Shown in pieces: positions 52,891-64,000 of a stretch of DNA of 64,000 nucleotides (position 1 is its first letter; every line of letters starts with the position of its first letter). Under the pieces are notes generated by a model. It was not told where the DNA came from. It worked only from the letters and a program-made list of their open reading frames with translations, and did not search any database. The stretch is from Ruditapes philippinarum (lineage: Eukaryota), in the NCBI RefSeq assembly GCF_026571515.1, contig NW_026852123.1:372001-436000 (forward strand). The letters are read 5' to 3'. The position numbers and the translations under genes were made by a program.

Positions 52891-55635
52891 CACACTGGCC
52901 ATAGCTTTCGCAGAAGCGGTGGGTCTACCGCAGCGACGGTGGAGTATTCGTCGCAGAAGCGGTGGATAAAATATGGCCGTTTGTTGTTGTCGGTAAGTAT
53001 ATGACTGAATTTTGTTTTATGTTTTACTGGAAACACTCAGTGAGACTGGAGCCCACATATGTACTCTTTCAACCTATTACACGCACACGGTGCAATTCAT
53101 TGCCGTTTATGCAAACACTTCTGTACAGTTTGATGAGGGGACGCCACTTTTGCCTAATTTTGGTTAAAACACATACAAATATGTGCAAAACGTCCCCATA
53201 ACACATCGGCATCACATCGAATTAATGATACTTTCACAAATTAATCATAATTTAGAAATTGGGAAATTATTATTGCCTGTTTATAAAATAAATGACAAAA
53301 ATGTTTTCGTCGCAGACGGCGGCGGATTCGATTGCAACGCAGTGCGGTGGGCCCGATACCATTTTTGTATATTTTAAGAATTTAACTTGACGTAAAGGAC
53401 TTTCAATTGAGTACAGCCCTTTTCTTACTTTGACATCTGAGAAACGTGTTTATTTGATGTTTAAAACGATATTAATTATTATATATACGCTGGTACAAAT
53501 ATATGTCCGAGGCCCGCTTTCATTTTCTTTCCATTGAAAATTACTTCAGCCATAAATATCATGGAAAAATCCACGTTCAAACTTGGACTTAAAAAGACCG
53601 TAAGTTCATTTTTGTCATACAGACATACATGTATCAGAGATACTCGTAAAGATAAACAGAACAAGCTTCTTGAATACGAAAAATTTAATGTCACTGTGTT
53701 ATATTACCATATATAGTGAGAACACCAATATAAATAAATTTTATGTTTACAGCGTAAGAGTTATTTCAGGAAAAGTTTTTCTCTATTACTTTTTAGTAAA
53801 GACCTACGCGTTTAATAGCTTTAGTTTATCTTCTTTTTCTTAAATTGTGACATTTATAAAAAAATGGTTTCAAATATGGTATATATGTTTAAAGAATTTT
53901 TAGTATGAAAAGAAATAAAAAAAAGTTAATAGAAGTATTTTATGGAATTAAGTCTTTCTCTAATAATGTACACAAATATAGTAAAGAACGTAATAAGCGG
54001 GAGAAAAAGTTTTTTCAGACTTACATTTAAGTTATATGACCTTGAAATAACCACAATTAAGGAAAAAATCAAATTCACGTACAGGAAATGAGATCGGTGA
54101 ACTCTAAGTTTTTTTCCGCTCTAAATGTTTATGTTATCATATTCTGGCATCATGCTTAATTTAAGGAATATAATTTTATTGAACCTCCTTAATTTTGCGT
54201 GTATGTGTTTATATTACTGCACGTTTGTTGGACAATCGTGACGTTTATATACATGCAATGTACTTTTTAAATACATGGCTGCCGTCGATTTATGAAATTA
54301 TCTCATTTTTTTCTAACAAAAAATGCTTGATGTATTATGAGTTCGTTATAAATAAATCCAACAGGTTATATGGTCTATATAAACGGTTGTTCGCAATATT
54401 AATAGCTATCGAAATTCTTTATTATACTTGTACATGTGTGTAAAAATCAGAAAATAAAGTTACAAATAAACCAAAAAGCTCTATAATTAAATAAACGTCT
54501 CGATTTTTCAATAAAAAAATACGTTACAAACATGCAGTATTATAAAGTTTTTATATTTATATACACGACTGCTGTTTATTTAATAAGAAATTGTATGTTT
54601 ATGTACAACCGTTTATATACGGCCATATTGTATAGCCTTTCATATCTTTATAACTAATACAATACTCTCGAAAATGCCATGAATATGTGTTAACTTTAAG
54701 TTTTTATAACTCATATGCCGTAATGCAAAAATATATGCTTATATATATATATATAATTTTAATTAGTCAGAAATCGGCATTGGTTATAAGGTATAACACG
54801 TGATCACGTGTAACATGTAAATGTCTGACACGTGATATTTTGGCTGGATTCATCACATTTGTGGAATTTCCTGCACATCGCTAAATTTCCTTTCGGTGGT
54901 GCATCAAGGTCAAATATTATGACGCTTAGTTTTCGCCGTTTCCTCTACGGTCCAGGTTGTCAAATGCATGATCCCTAATATGAACTTGGTAATACAAATA
55001 TGATAAAGGGCACTATATATGTTATTACTTTCCTGCGCTTTTCAACTGGAATGGTGCATTCACACTCAAAAATACTTGATACTTAATAATAACCCGCAAT
55101 TAATAGTTGAACGTGGATTATTCTATGATAATTATGGCTGAAGTAATTTTCAATGGAAGGAAAATGAAAGCGGGCCTCGGACATATATTTCCAGCGTATA
55201 TATAATAATTTCGTTTTAATTTCGTTTTAAACATCAAATAAACACGTTTCTCAGATGTCAAAGTAAGAAAAGGGCTGTACTCAATTGAAAAATGCTTTAC
55301 GTCAAGTTAAATTCTTAAAATATACAAAAATGGTATCGGGCCCACCGCACTGCGTTGCAATCGAATCCACCGCCGTCTGCGACGAAAACATTTTTTGTCA
55401 TTTATTTTATAAACAGGCAATAATAATTTCCCAATTTTCCAAATTATGGTTAATTTGTGAAAGTATCATTAATTCGATGTGATGCCGATGTATTATGGGG
55501 TCGTTTTGCACACATTTGTATGTGTTTTAACCAAAATTAGGCAAAAGTGGCGTCCCCTCATCAAACTGTACAGAAGTGTTTGCATAAACGGCAATGAATT
55601 GCACCGTGCCCGTGTAATAGGTTGAAAGGGTACAT
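52891..55635. mobile_element. Long-TIR (about 520 bp arms) non-autonomous foldback element
   Basis: 53059-53581 is the reverse complement of 55106-55635 at high identity. Absent from duplication unit 1. Confidence 0.85.
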
Positions 55636-56036
55636 CGTCCTGAAAACAGATTATGACCAACCGTTTAAGGAACTATTCTTTCTCCCCTGGAATGAGTTTG
55701 TTTCGTTGTTGTTCTTATTGAGGTCGTGTTTACTTCTGTGTTTTGTCATTACTATAATTACACATTTTCATTTTTTTTTTCAATGGCATTAAGCTGAGAT
55801 TATATATATATTTTTTTATTAATAATTTATTTCTATAAAAAATCCCAGTTATTTGTAGAATTCATAACGCAAAGTGACATGAACCAAGTGTGAAAAATAT
55901 TCTTTAATCTTTGGCGATTTTAAATCAGACATGTCGGTTTCGCCATGCTCTTTAATGTATTGTTAAATCATTGTCCACTCAGATTGTCCATTGATTGAAA
56001 TCGAATTACAATTTATGACAAGTTTCTACCTATTCG

Positions 56037-56050
56037 GTGTCCGTGGATAC
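56037..56050. promoter_or_regulatory. X-box-like 14-mer upstream of copy 9
   Basis: GTGTCCGTGGATAC, 121 bp from the ATG. Confidence 0.45.
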
Positions 56051-56170
56051 CTATCTGAAAAACATTGGCAATAAAAAGCCGTCCAAGGCCATGCTAGAAT
56101 CAAACCACTTCCAGGCTTCGGTCCTTGCACTTCTATCTGGATTGTTACCTTCAGCAATAACTAATTAATC

Positions 56171-57592
56171 ATGGAAGTAGATCTTGTCAACAGGGATCCC
56201 AACGGTCTTAATGACCATATTAAGGTTAGATATTTTGATATATTTAGATAATTTGTAATGTTTTAGATTATTTTGTAATAGCTGAAAATGTAAAAAAATA
56301 CAAAGGTTCCGAATGAAAGCATAATCAAAGATCGGTTATTAAGTACATGCATTTTACAGATTGAAAATATTTGATATTTGGTTAAAGCAGCAATACATTA
56401 AAATGTATCTTAAAAAAAAACTTAAGAAGAAGAAAAAAAGTTTTGAAAATGAATAAATATTCACTATTCAGGTGAAATTTTAAATGTATTATGCAAAATA
56501 TGTCAGAAATTACATTTTTTTAAAATAAAAATCTACTTTGGATAACTTTCTACATACATGTATTTCAACAAATTGTAACTAATTTCTGTGGATAATAAGT
56601 TGCGAAGGCTAATCTATACACTTGAAGACATTTGCCCAATAAATATGCTCATTTTTGGGGTAAAAAACTTTTATTGCACACATTTATTGAAATTTAGGAA
56701 ATTTTTACAGATTTTTTCTAATTTGAATTAATGAACGCACAAACTATATTTGGTGAGCCATTATCTATTACTGGTCAAGTTAACTTAGTCTTTTTGTTAA
56801 AAATGCCAGCTATTTAATGACACTATGTAGTGATTCTGTGTTTACATATAGTGTGCAGAGTTTGAAAACATAACATATATTTTTTTCTGTGTTTGCTAAA
56901 AAGATGATTGCATTTTACATTTAAAAATAGACTTTGAATCAATTTTGCAAAAAATAAGTTAAAGTGATTTAGTAATTTGTTTAAGTCAGTCAAAATACCA
57001 CTGTGTTTTATGTTTGGCTGCATTTATGTCGATCTATATTTCAAATTTTGATAAAATTGATCTATGTCATGTGCATTGGCGTGTCGCCTTTTGTTTATTT
57101 ATGATGTAGTTTAACCAAAACTGTAAAAGAATGGAATATTTCTATGATGATATACACGTCATTTATGACACAATTTTATTAAAAAATTGCTTTCAAACAT
57201 TCAGTTATTTTTCATAAATATCAAACATTTAAACCTTTTTTTCAATATTACCTTTTTACTTATTTCAGGTCCAGTTCGAAGATGTCTTGGCTGAACCCGA
57301 GGGAGCCCGTAGTATCGACTGCGTCTGGAAGCTGTCTTACACCTGTTTCAATCTTTGGCTCGGTGTTTGCTACAAACTTTTGACCCTCTTCTACGGAATC
57401 TGTATTGCCGCCGAGTGGGGTTGCGAATTCGCCTCCATTGCTTTCTACCATATTTGGTACATCACTCCGATACTGAGAGTTTGCGAGATCAATTGTGCTG
57501 TGTTCACCAAGGTTACCAAGACCTGCATGAGCTGTTGTTTGGAGCCATGTTGTGAAGCGTGCGGTTCCCTGTTTATCCATTTCAAGAAATAA
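56171..57592 (+). CDS. cav: Caveolin-like protein copy 9, 125 aa; exons 56171-56224 and 57269-57592
   Basis: Exon 1 MEVDLVNRDPNGLNDHIK|GTTAGA. Exon 2 VQFEDVLAEPEGARSIDCVW...GSLFIHFKK*. AATAAA at 57882. Confidence 0.94.
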
Positions 57593-59286
57593 ACAGTTTA
57601 GAAATACAATTTATCGTCTGCTTCTCTACCATGAAAATTGTTTTGATAACCAAAAATAAAAGCAATGTTGAATGACTGACCAGTAAACTTGTGATGGATA
57701 AAATTGCGTTGCTAGACTTTCGTTTTTTCGCGGGAACATATCTAAACAATTGGATATCATTTTTTTAAACTGCATTTTTGTCATAAATATTAGTATTTAA
57801 AGTAATTTATTGCAAATAAACCAAATGTGATTTTATAGATATATGTAACAAGTAACCTTGTAACATATTTTGTTGAGTTTTAATAAAATAAATTTCAAAA
57901 TATATCTGTGTCTTTTGTATTTTCTGTATTTAAGTTTAAGTTATAATGTAGATAACACCCTATCCTCATTTATAGACAATGAAAATAATAGACACGTGAA
58001 CAAGGTACATTTTGAAAAGTCTTTCTGCAAAGTTCAGTATAGTGTCCATTTATTACCGTGATAATAACACTTTCCAATAGAAAATTTATTTTTCTAAACC
58101 TAATCTTGTGAAGAATATATTTGATATTTTCACTGCGGTAAAAATATCATGATATATACTTCATGATTTTTGTCTAGAACTACTTGTAATAAAGTCCTCA
58201 TTGAGTGTATCAAATATTGTTAAGATTCAATTCCTTTTATCCTAGAGAGCGAATTATTTGCTCCTTATAAACATACCAACCGCTGTGAATGCCCTGCCCT
58301 CTAACACTTAACCCGGAACAGAAATTGATAAGCCACCGCCCACCAGTATAGAGCCAGGCCAGCCTGCCCATCCATGCAGTTTGACAAGGCTCTTTTATAT
58401 TGTTGATAGCTCAACTTAATGCCCTGATATTGAATTTTATTAAACATTGAACGAACTGTTCCAAATACAAAGCAGAGCACAGTCCTGACAAAAAAACTTC
58501 CGGTTAGGATTAAATGTCAAATCATTCCTGGCATGCGTGGACGAGCAGTTCTCTACGTGCACTAAAATTGATGATTTAACGCATGTGCAACCCAAGCATT
58601 TACTAATTTATTCTAAATAAAGTACATGAGATAGTCAATTTACCGGTTTGGTATGAAGTTAGTAGTGTGACAGCCTGGTCATTATGTTATAGTGTAAAAA
58701 GTGATTTGCTTTCTGAGACTCACTGATTCATAATGGAAATAAATGATCGCACGGAAATCCTGTAAAACATTTACCTCAGTTACTATTCAAATGATAGAGA
58801 AATGATCCTTTTTCATCAAATAATGACACTAGACATATTAGATCAACACCCTCTAAGAAACCTGGAACATTATTTTTATTGGCGACGCCGGTGAGCGGCG
58901 TCGTCTATTATGGAATGCTTTTTATTTTTGCCTATGGAAGGAGCTGTTATTATTAGCAGTTAATTCTATGTTGTGTTAATTAGTTTTATTTTGATTCGTA
59001 AAAATCAAGTAAACAAATGTGTTGTTATATTTGTATTTAATAACTTTATGTAAAAAGCATGTGCATTGTGATATTATTTTCACGAAATTGCAGGTTAAGT
59101 TTAACAGCTTGTCCCTTAGTTTTAATGACAATACTAAAACCCGGATTTCGAATATCGTTGTGGTCTAGATTGAGGCCGTATCAGTTCATTCATTCATTTA
59201 TACATTTTCAAAATTTTCCAACAAGAAGAAAGTTCACCTGCAATTGAGTATAAGGATAGGTAATGGAACTGTTGTAAACAGTTATC

Positions 59287-60493
59287 TACGGAGCCCCTAA
59301 GGTGACATTTTCGACACTTTTTCCCCGGCATTTAATTCGTTTTTACGAAATATTATTTCGTAATTACGAAATATTAATTCGTTTTTACGAAATATTATTT
59401 CGTAATTACGAAATATTAATTCGTAATTACGAAATAATAATTCGTTTTTACGAAATATTATTTCGTAATAACGAAATATTAATTCGTAAAAACGAAATGT
59501 TATTTCGTAATTACGAAATAATAATTCGTTTTTACGAAATATTAATTCGTTTTTACGAAATATTAATTCGTGATTACGAAATATTAAGTCGTTTTTACGA
59601 AATATTAATTCGTAAAAACGAAATGTTATTTCGTAATTACGAAATAATAATTCGTTTTTACGAAATATGTACTCTTTTTCCCCATTGTGAAATACATGTT
59701 CCCATCAGCAATGTTTTAATTTTTGAGGTTATCAATCTTTTCTGACATGTTTCTTTAAAAAGAAACATGCTATATTATTACTTTCTTTTATCATATACAT
59801 TAGTTAAACTAAAAGGGGGGCTCCAGATTTTCACTCATCTAATCAATTTAAAAAAGTATATTTCTTTACAAGTTATGTGATCATAAAAAAGCATAATATT
59901 TGATTTCAAAACTCATCGACAGAACGATGGATTTGAAGCACAGGACCCCCATTTTAACAAAATTTTCCTAGCGCTGTACAACCACGGCTGTGGCGGCAAC
60001 GCTATTGACAGCCGATTATTTTAATTTAAGTGTACATAAGTGTTAAGTTGTAAAACTTGGAGAGAGAAAAAAGCACTATTTATATTTCTTTAACATGCCT
60101 TCTATTTAGTCAGGAACTTAGTGTTAAGTCCTTCTTTATAAATATTACCAAAACTCTTTTACACCCTAGAAAAAAAAATCGTTTTTACGAATTATTATTT
60201 CGTATTTACGAATTATTATTTCGTAATTACGAAATAATATTTCGTTTTTACGAATTAATATTTCGTAATTACGAAATAATATTTCGTAAAAACGAATTAA
60301 TAATTCGTAAAAACGAATTGATATTTCGTTTTTACGAAATAATATTTCGTAATTACGAATTAATATTTCGTAAAAACGAATTAATATTTCGTAAAAACGA
60401 ATTAATATTTCGTAATTACGAATTATCATTTCGTAAAAACGAATTAAGTTCCGGGGAAAAAAGTGTGGAAAATGTCACCTTAGGGGCTCCGTA
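59287..60493. mobile_element. Non-autonomous TIR element, 1207 bp, 6-bp TSD GTTATC (IS3EU-like), with 21-bp subterminal arrays
   Basis: GTTATC|TACGGAGCCCCTAAGGTGACATTTTC ... GAAAATGTCACCTTAGGGGCTCCGTA|GTTATC. 21-bp unit GAAATATTAATTCGTTTTTAC at 59330-59666 and 60178-60447. Confidence 0.9.
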
Positions 60494-61651
60494 GTTATCC
60501 TATTGATTTTATCCTTATTACATTTATTTGTTGCGCAGAATGGTTGTTTTAACAAAGTGTACCAGTATCCGGATGTTTAAAGCTATCCGATTTTCTGCAA
60601 TTACTGCTGACACATGGCCATCTTTTTTTTTATGAATACTTTACCATTAATTTGCATGGCTTGATAAAACTGAACCTGCAGCATTTCATAATTTTGCTGT
60701 TTAGGGTGTTCTTTTGGGTTTCAGGTTTTCTTTATTGTAAGGGCAAGTAACTTATGTTTACTAAATTATTTGTTCTTTTCTGTCTATCTTAGGTATTACT
60801 TATAATACTATTTTTGTTGTATATAATTCACCAGTTGTAAGGTCATCAAAAGCATGTTAATGTTAGGATTTCATATTTATTTAATATAAACTGGGAATTA
60901 TTAATGTTATGTGCATACATGTATATCTTAGACAGTAGTATATTGATATGTTGAGACTTATAATTTTTCTGCATTTAAAGAGATACAGTTATGTCATTAT
61001 TATTAAAGGGATGAGACTTTCATTTAAAGTTATAAATGATAAAACATGTATTGATTGAAAATGTCCTTAAACTTGGATCAAGCAATATAATTAATAAAGT
61101 CTCAAAAAAATCATATTCTGAATAGTTATTCTATTTTTTTTCTAACATGTGCATAGTTTGAAAAGGACAGCTTCTGTCTTATCTATTTGTAATGAAGGGA
61201 CACCGGTCTCAACCTCCAGGTCTCCTGAGTCAACCCGACAACAAGCTGTACATAGAGTAGATTGTTACTTGCCCTTGAATAAATGTGTGCACTAAATTTA
61301 TAGTGGGTGATTTGTGCCACATGAAAACCAACATAGTACAAAAAGTAACTGGGGCGCCAGATGAAAACATGAAAATACAATCTACCACACAAAGTGGTTT
61401 GTTTGTTGCATTTTCATGTTTTTGCCCGGTGCCCTTGATGCAAAATACAAATCAGCCTTCATAAAATTCTTATGTTGGTCACAGGTTTGAGTTCTGGTCA
61501 AGCTCAACGTTTTTCTCATCCTGTGACTGCATATAAGCATGAGTTCAATTTCCTATGCTCTGTAACATAAGAAATTCACGAACACAAATCGATATAGTGG
61601 GGAAATATGTTGTGGTTTAGAACTGTTTCATTATTAAAGAGAAAATGTGTA

Positions 61652-61710
61652 GCAGGCCGGATAGCTCAGTTGGTCTTCTGAAAGTCATGGGTTCGAGTCA
61701 TGGTCAGGCA
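61652..61710 (+). pseudogene. Deleted tRNA-like / SINE-head fragment
   Basis: GCCGGATAGCTCAGTTGGT A box and GGGTTCGAGTC B box; anticodon arm largely missing. Confidence 0.4.
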
Positions 61711-62088
61711 GTTTCAGTCAGGGTTTGGAAGTGGTTTTTCAATTGACACATGTTTGATTCATTTAACAGATTGCATTATTTGAAATGGACAAAGGCAGTA
61801 TTGTATGATACTTTTAGATCTACAAAGGGCATTTGATACAGTTGAACACACTATACTGCACATGAAGAAGTTGTTTTTCTTCTTCTTCATGAAACTTCAA
61901 GCATCTGCCATATATAATGACATTCTTACATGGTTTAAGTCTTATCTCTGATAGTAGCTGGTTGATGTGGCTGGTACTCATTCTACTACTGCTCTGAATA
62001 CCTATGCTGTCCCCCTGATGTTCATTTTAGGTCCTCTTTTATGTCTAATATATGTCAATTACATGTCTTCAACCCTAAGCAGTAAGCT

Positions 62089-62375
62089 TTTATTATAATG
62101 CACAGGCACGAGTATCGGACCTGGGAAGAAAAAATATGACCAGATGACCAGATTGATAAAAAAAACTGTGTTTATAAAAACAAAAACAAAAAAAAATGTA
62201 AATAATGATCCCCTTTAGAAATATACTATCAACTTGAAGTATATTTTTAAAGGGGGTCATTATTTACATTTTATTTTGGTTGTTGACACTTTTAAGATGG
62301 ACACAGGTTTTTTTATCAATCTGGCCATATTTTTTCTTCCAAGGTCTGATACTCGTGCCTGTGCATTATAATAAA
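62089..62375. mobile_element. ~290-bp almost fully palindromic MITE
   Basis: TTTATTATAATGCACAGGCACGAGTATC.GACCT.GGAAGAAAAAATATG at both ends, inverted. Inner arms TAAATAATGA.CCCCTTTA also pair. Confidence 0.8.
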
Positions 62376-63694
62376 GGAATCCTTGTGTCTCATAAAATAA
62401 ATCTGAAGAAATTCTTTCTTATAGCATGAGTCTTATAAGATTGCTTAATTGACTATAAATTGTCTTTGCATCTTGGCAAGACGGAGTCTATTCTTTTTTG
62501 GTTTAAGTTTCAACTTAAACTGGCCCTAGCCTCCAGGTCACATGTAATGGTACTGCTATAAAGTACACATCTTTTGTTAAGTATTTAGGTGCAAATCTGG
62601 ATCAAATTCTTTTGGCGTCGCCCTTTGATGCTTTGCATCAATGATTTTCTTGTTCGTATTATAGCTTTATCCACCATTGAGGCTTTAAACTATCTTTTCT
62701 TTTCTCATAACAGAAAAAATGTTAATGTGAAAGGTGCATCGAAAAAGCTTTTTTGTTGACACGCATTTAGAGGACAACACAAGATTCACTTCGATCAAAT
62801 TTTCCTATGTATGTAAATAATCTGTTATGTCACTCACTCTTGAGTTCATAGACGTATGGTCATTCGTTATATTTTCATGCAATGTGCTATGGTATTAAAT
62901 TGATGGACTCCTGTGTCATTTGAAATAACGTTTACTGTGTGTCATTAAAAATGTTTTTTCGATGCACCTATCGCATTGATAGCTTTTCCAACCTGAGCAA
63001 ATATAACAAATGAACGTTTTAACAAAAATGCTACAGTTACAAAGACATAAAGGCAGATTGAAAACTGTATAATAGAATTTGTTTTAGCTGTGAATGAGCT
63101 TAGATGAATAGTAATTGTGTACATATGACTATTGTTAACAACAACACTGCACCTTGATACCGCTGGAACCGAAATAATTTTACCAATATAGAGGTACATG
63201 TTTGCCAGGCTACACATCTGTGCAGACGGAACCGGCTCTGTACTTATGGCTGTCTCACTTTAGAAATGTCTGTCCTTAATTCCCAGATTGATAGATGTAT
63301 GATAAGACTTGCAAATATGTACAGTCTTACCAATGTCAAAAGTGTCGGCTGCTCAAGCTTAATCTATTTTTTCTTGCAACCCACCACATTATCTTTTTTA
63401 TTACAGAAGTCGAATATAGAAATTAAATGCGTATTTTGACAAAAATGTCCCCAGGTTAATCTGTGAAATATATAATATTTAATTAAAACGTTTATGTGTT
63501 GCAAAATTAAAACAATTCCGTAAAATGCATAAATGAAAAGTAGATAAAAACTAGACTCAAATTTTTCGAAGAAATTTTTGTTTTTAATTTTATAACAGAT
63601 TAATGATACCTAAATTGGTTTGCGTTACTATTGTTATATATAAACCAATGCGAGACATATCTGTTAAAATAAGCCTTGTTAGGCCACATGTGTC

Positions 63695-63866
63695 ACAAAT
63701 CACATTCGTCACAAGTTTTTATGAATTTGTGACGAATGTGATCACATTCGTCACAAATGACTTTTGTGACGAATGTGATTGACCAAAATCGGGTAAAAAT
63801 GCCAATCACAAACGTCACAAGCAAAATTGAGAATTTTTAAACAGGCGAATCACAAATGTCACAAGT
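63695..63866. repeat. Alternating direct/inverted ATCACATTCGTCACAA repeats
   Basis: CACATTCGTCACAA / TTGTGACGAATGTG repeated about six times. Confidence 0.7.
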
Positions 63867-64000
63867 TTATTTTTCAATATGTGATACACGGAATATCATA
63901 AGGACAATCGTGGTTATATCAGTGCGATAGTACAAGGGCGACAATGCAATAAATCGATATTGTGATGTCGACATCACGATACCAATATCTTTTCACCACC

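Larger units (their letters stand above)
51781..58864 (+). repeat. Segmental duplication unit 2 (contains copy 9) with extra insertions
   Basis: Matches 45352-48878 except for insertions at about 52125-52810, 52890-55640 and 58480-58640. Confidence 0.9.

Noticed and set aside
59302-60494. ORFs with RFYEILI/RNYELIF heptads
   Set aside because: Translations of the 21-bp subterminal arrays of the TIR element.

Overview
AT-rich eukaryotic (animal) genomic DNA. The repeat landscape suggests a bivalve mollusc, but that is inference. The main content is a tandem cluster of nine intact two-exon caveolin-family genes between about 3.0 and 57.6 kb, oriented + - - - - - - + +. I assembled the genes by hand: a 54-57 nt exon 1 (M..DL.NRDPN..N..K/T), a phase-0 GT-AG intron, and a 324-327 nt exon 2 starting at xxFED(V/I)(L/I)(A/G)EP. 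The ORF track shows no exon 1 and misses exon 2 of copies 3, 4 and 5. The products are minimal (125-127 aa) and very Cys-rich (12-16 Cys). Relative to human CAV1 they have Cys at P110, glutamates inside the intramembrane helix, a C-terminal CxxCC[ILV]EPCC cluster, and lack most of the C-terminal beta-strand. Eight of nine genes carry an RFX X-box-like 14-mer about 120-150 bp upstream of the ATG; in five of them it sits at fixed spacing to an ATTGAT motif. The cluster shows a recent segmental duplication and signs of gene conversion. Intergenic and intronic DNA holds tRNA-derived SINEs, TIR/foldback non-autonomous elements (two with TAC..GTA ends and 6-bp TSDs), a mariner remnant, several minisatellites and one 135-N assembly gap.
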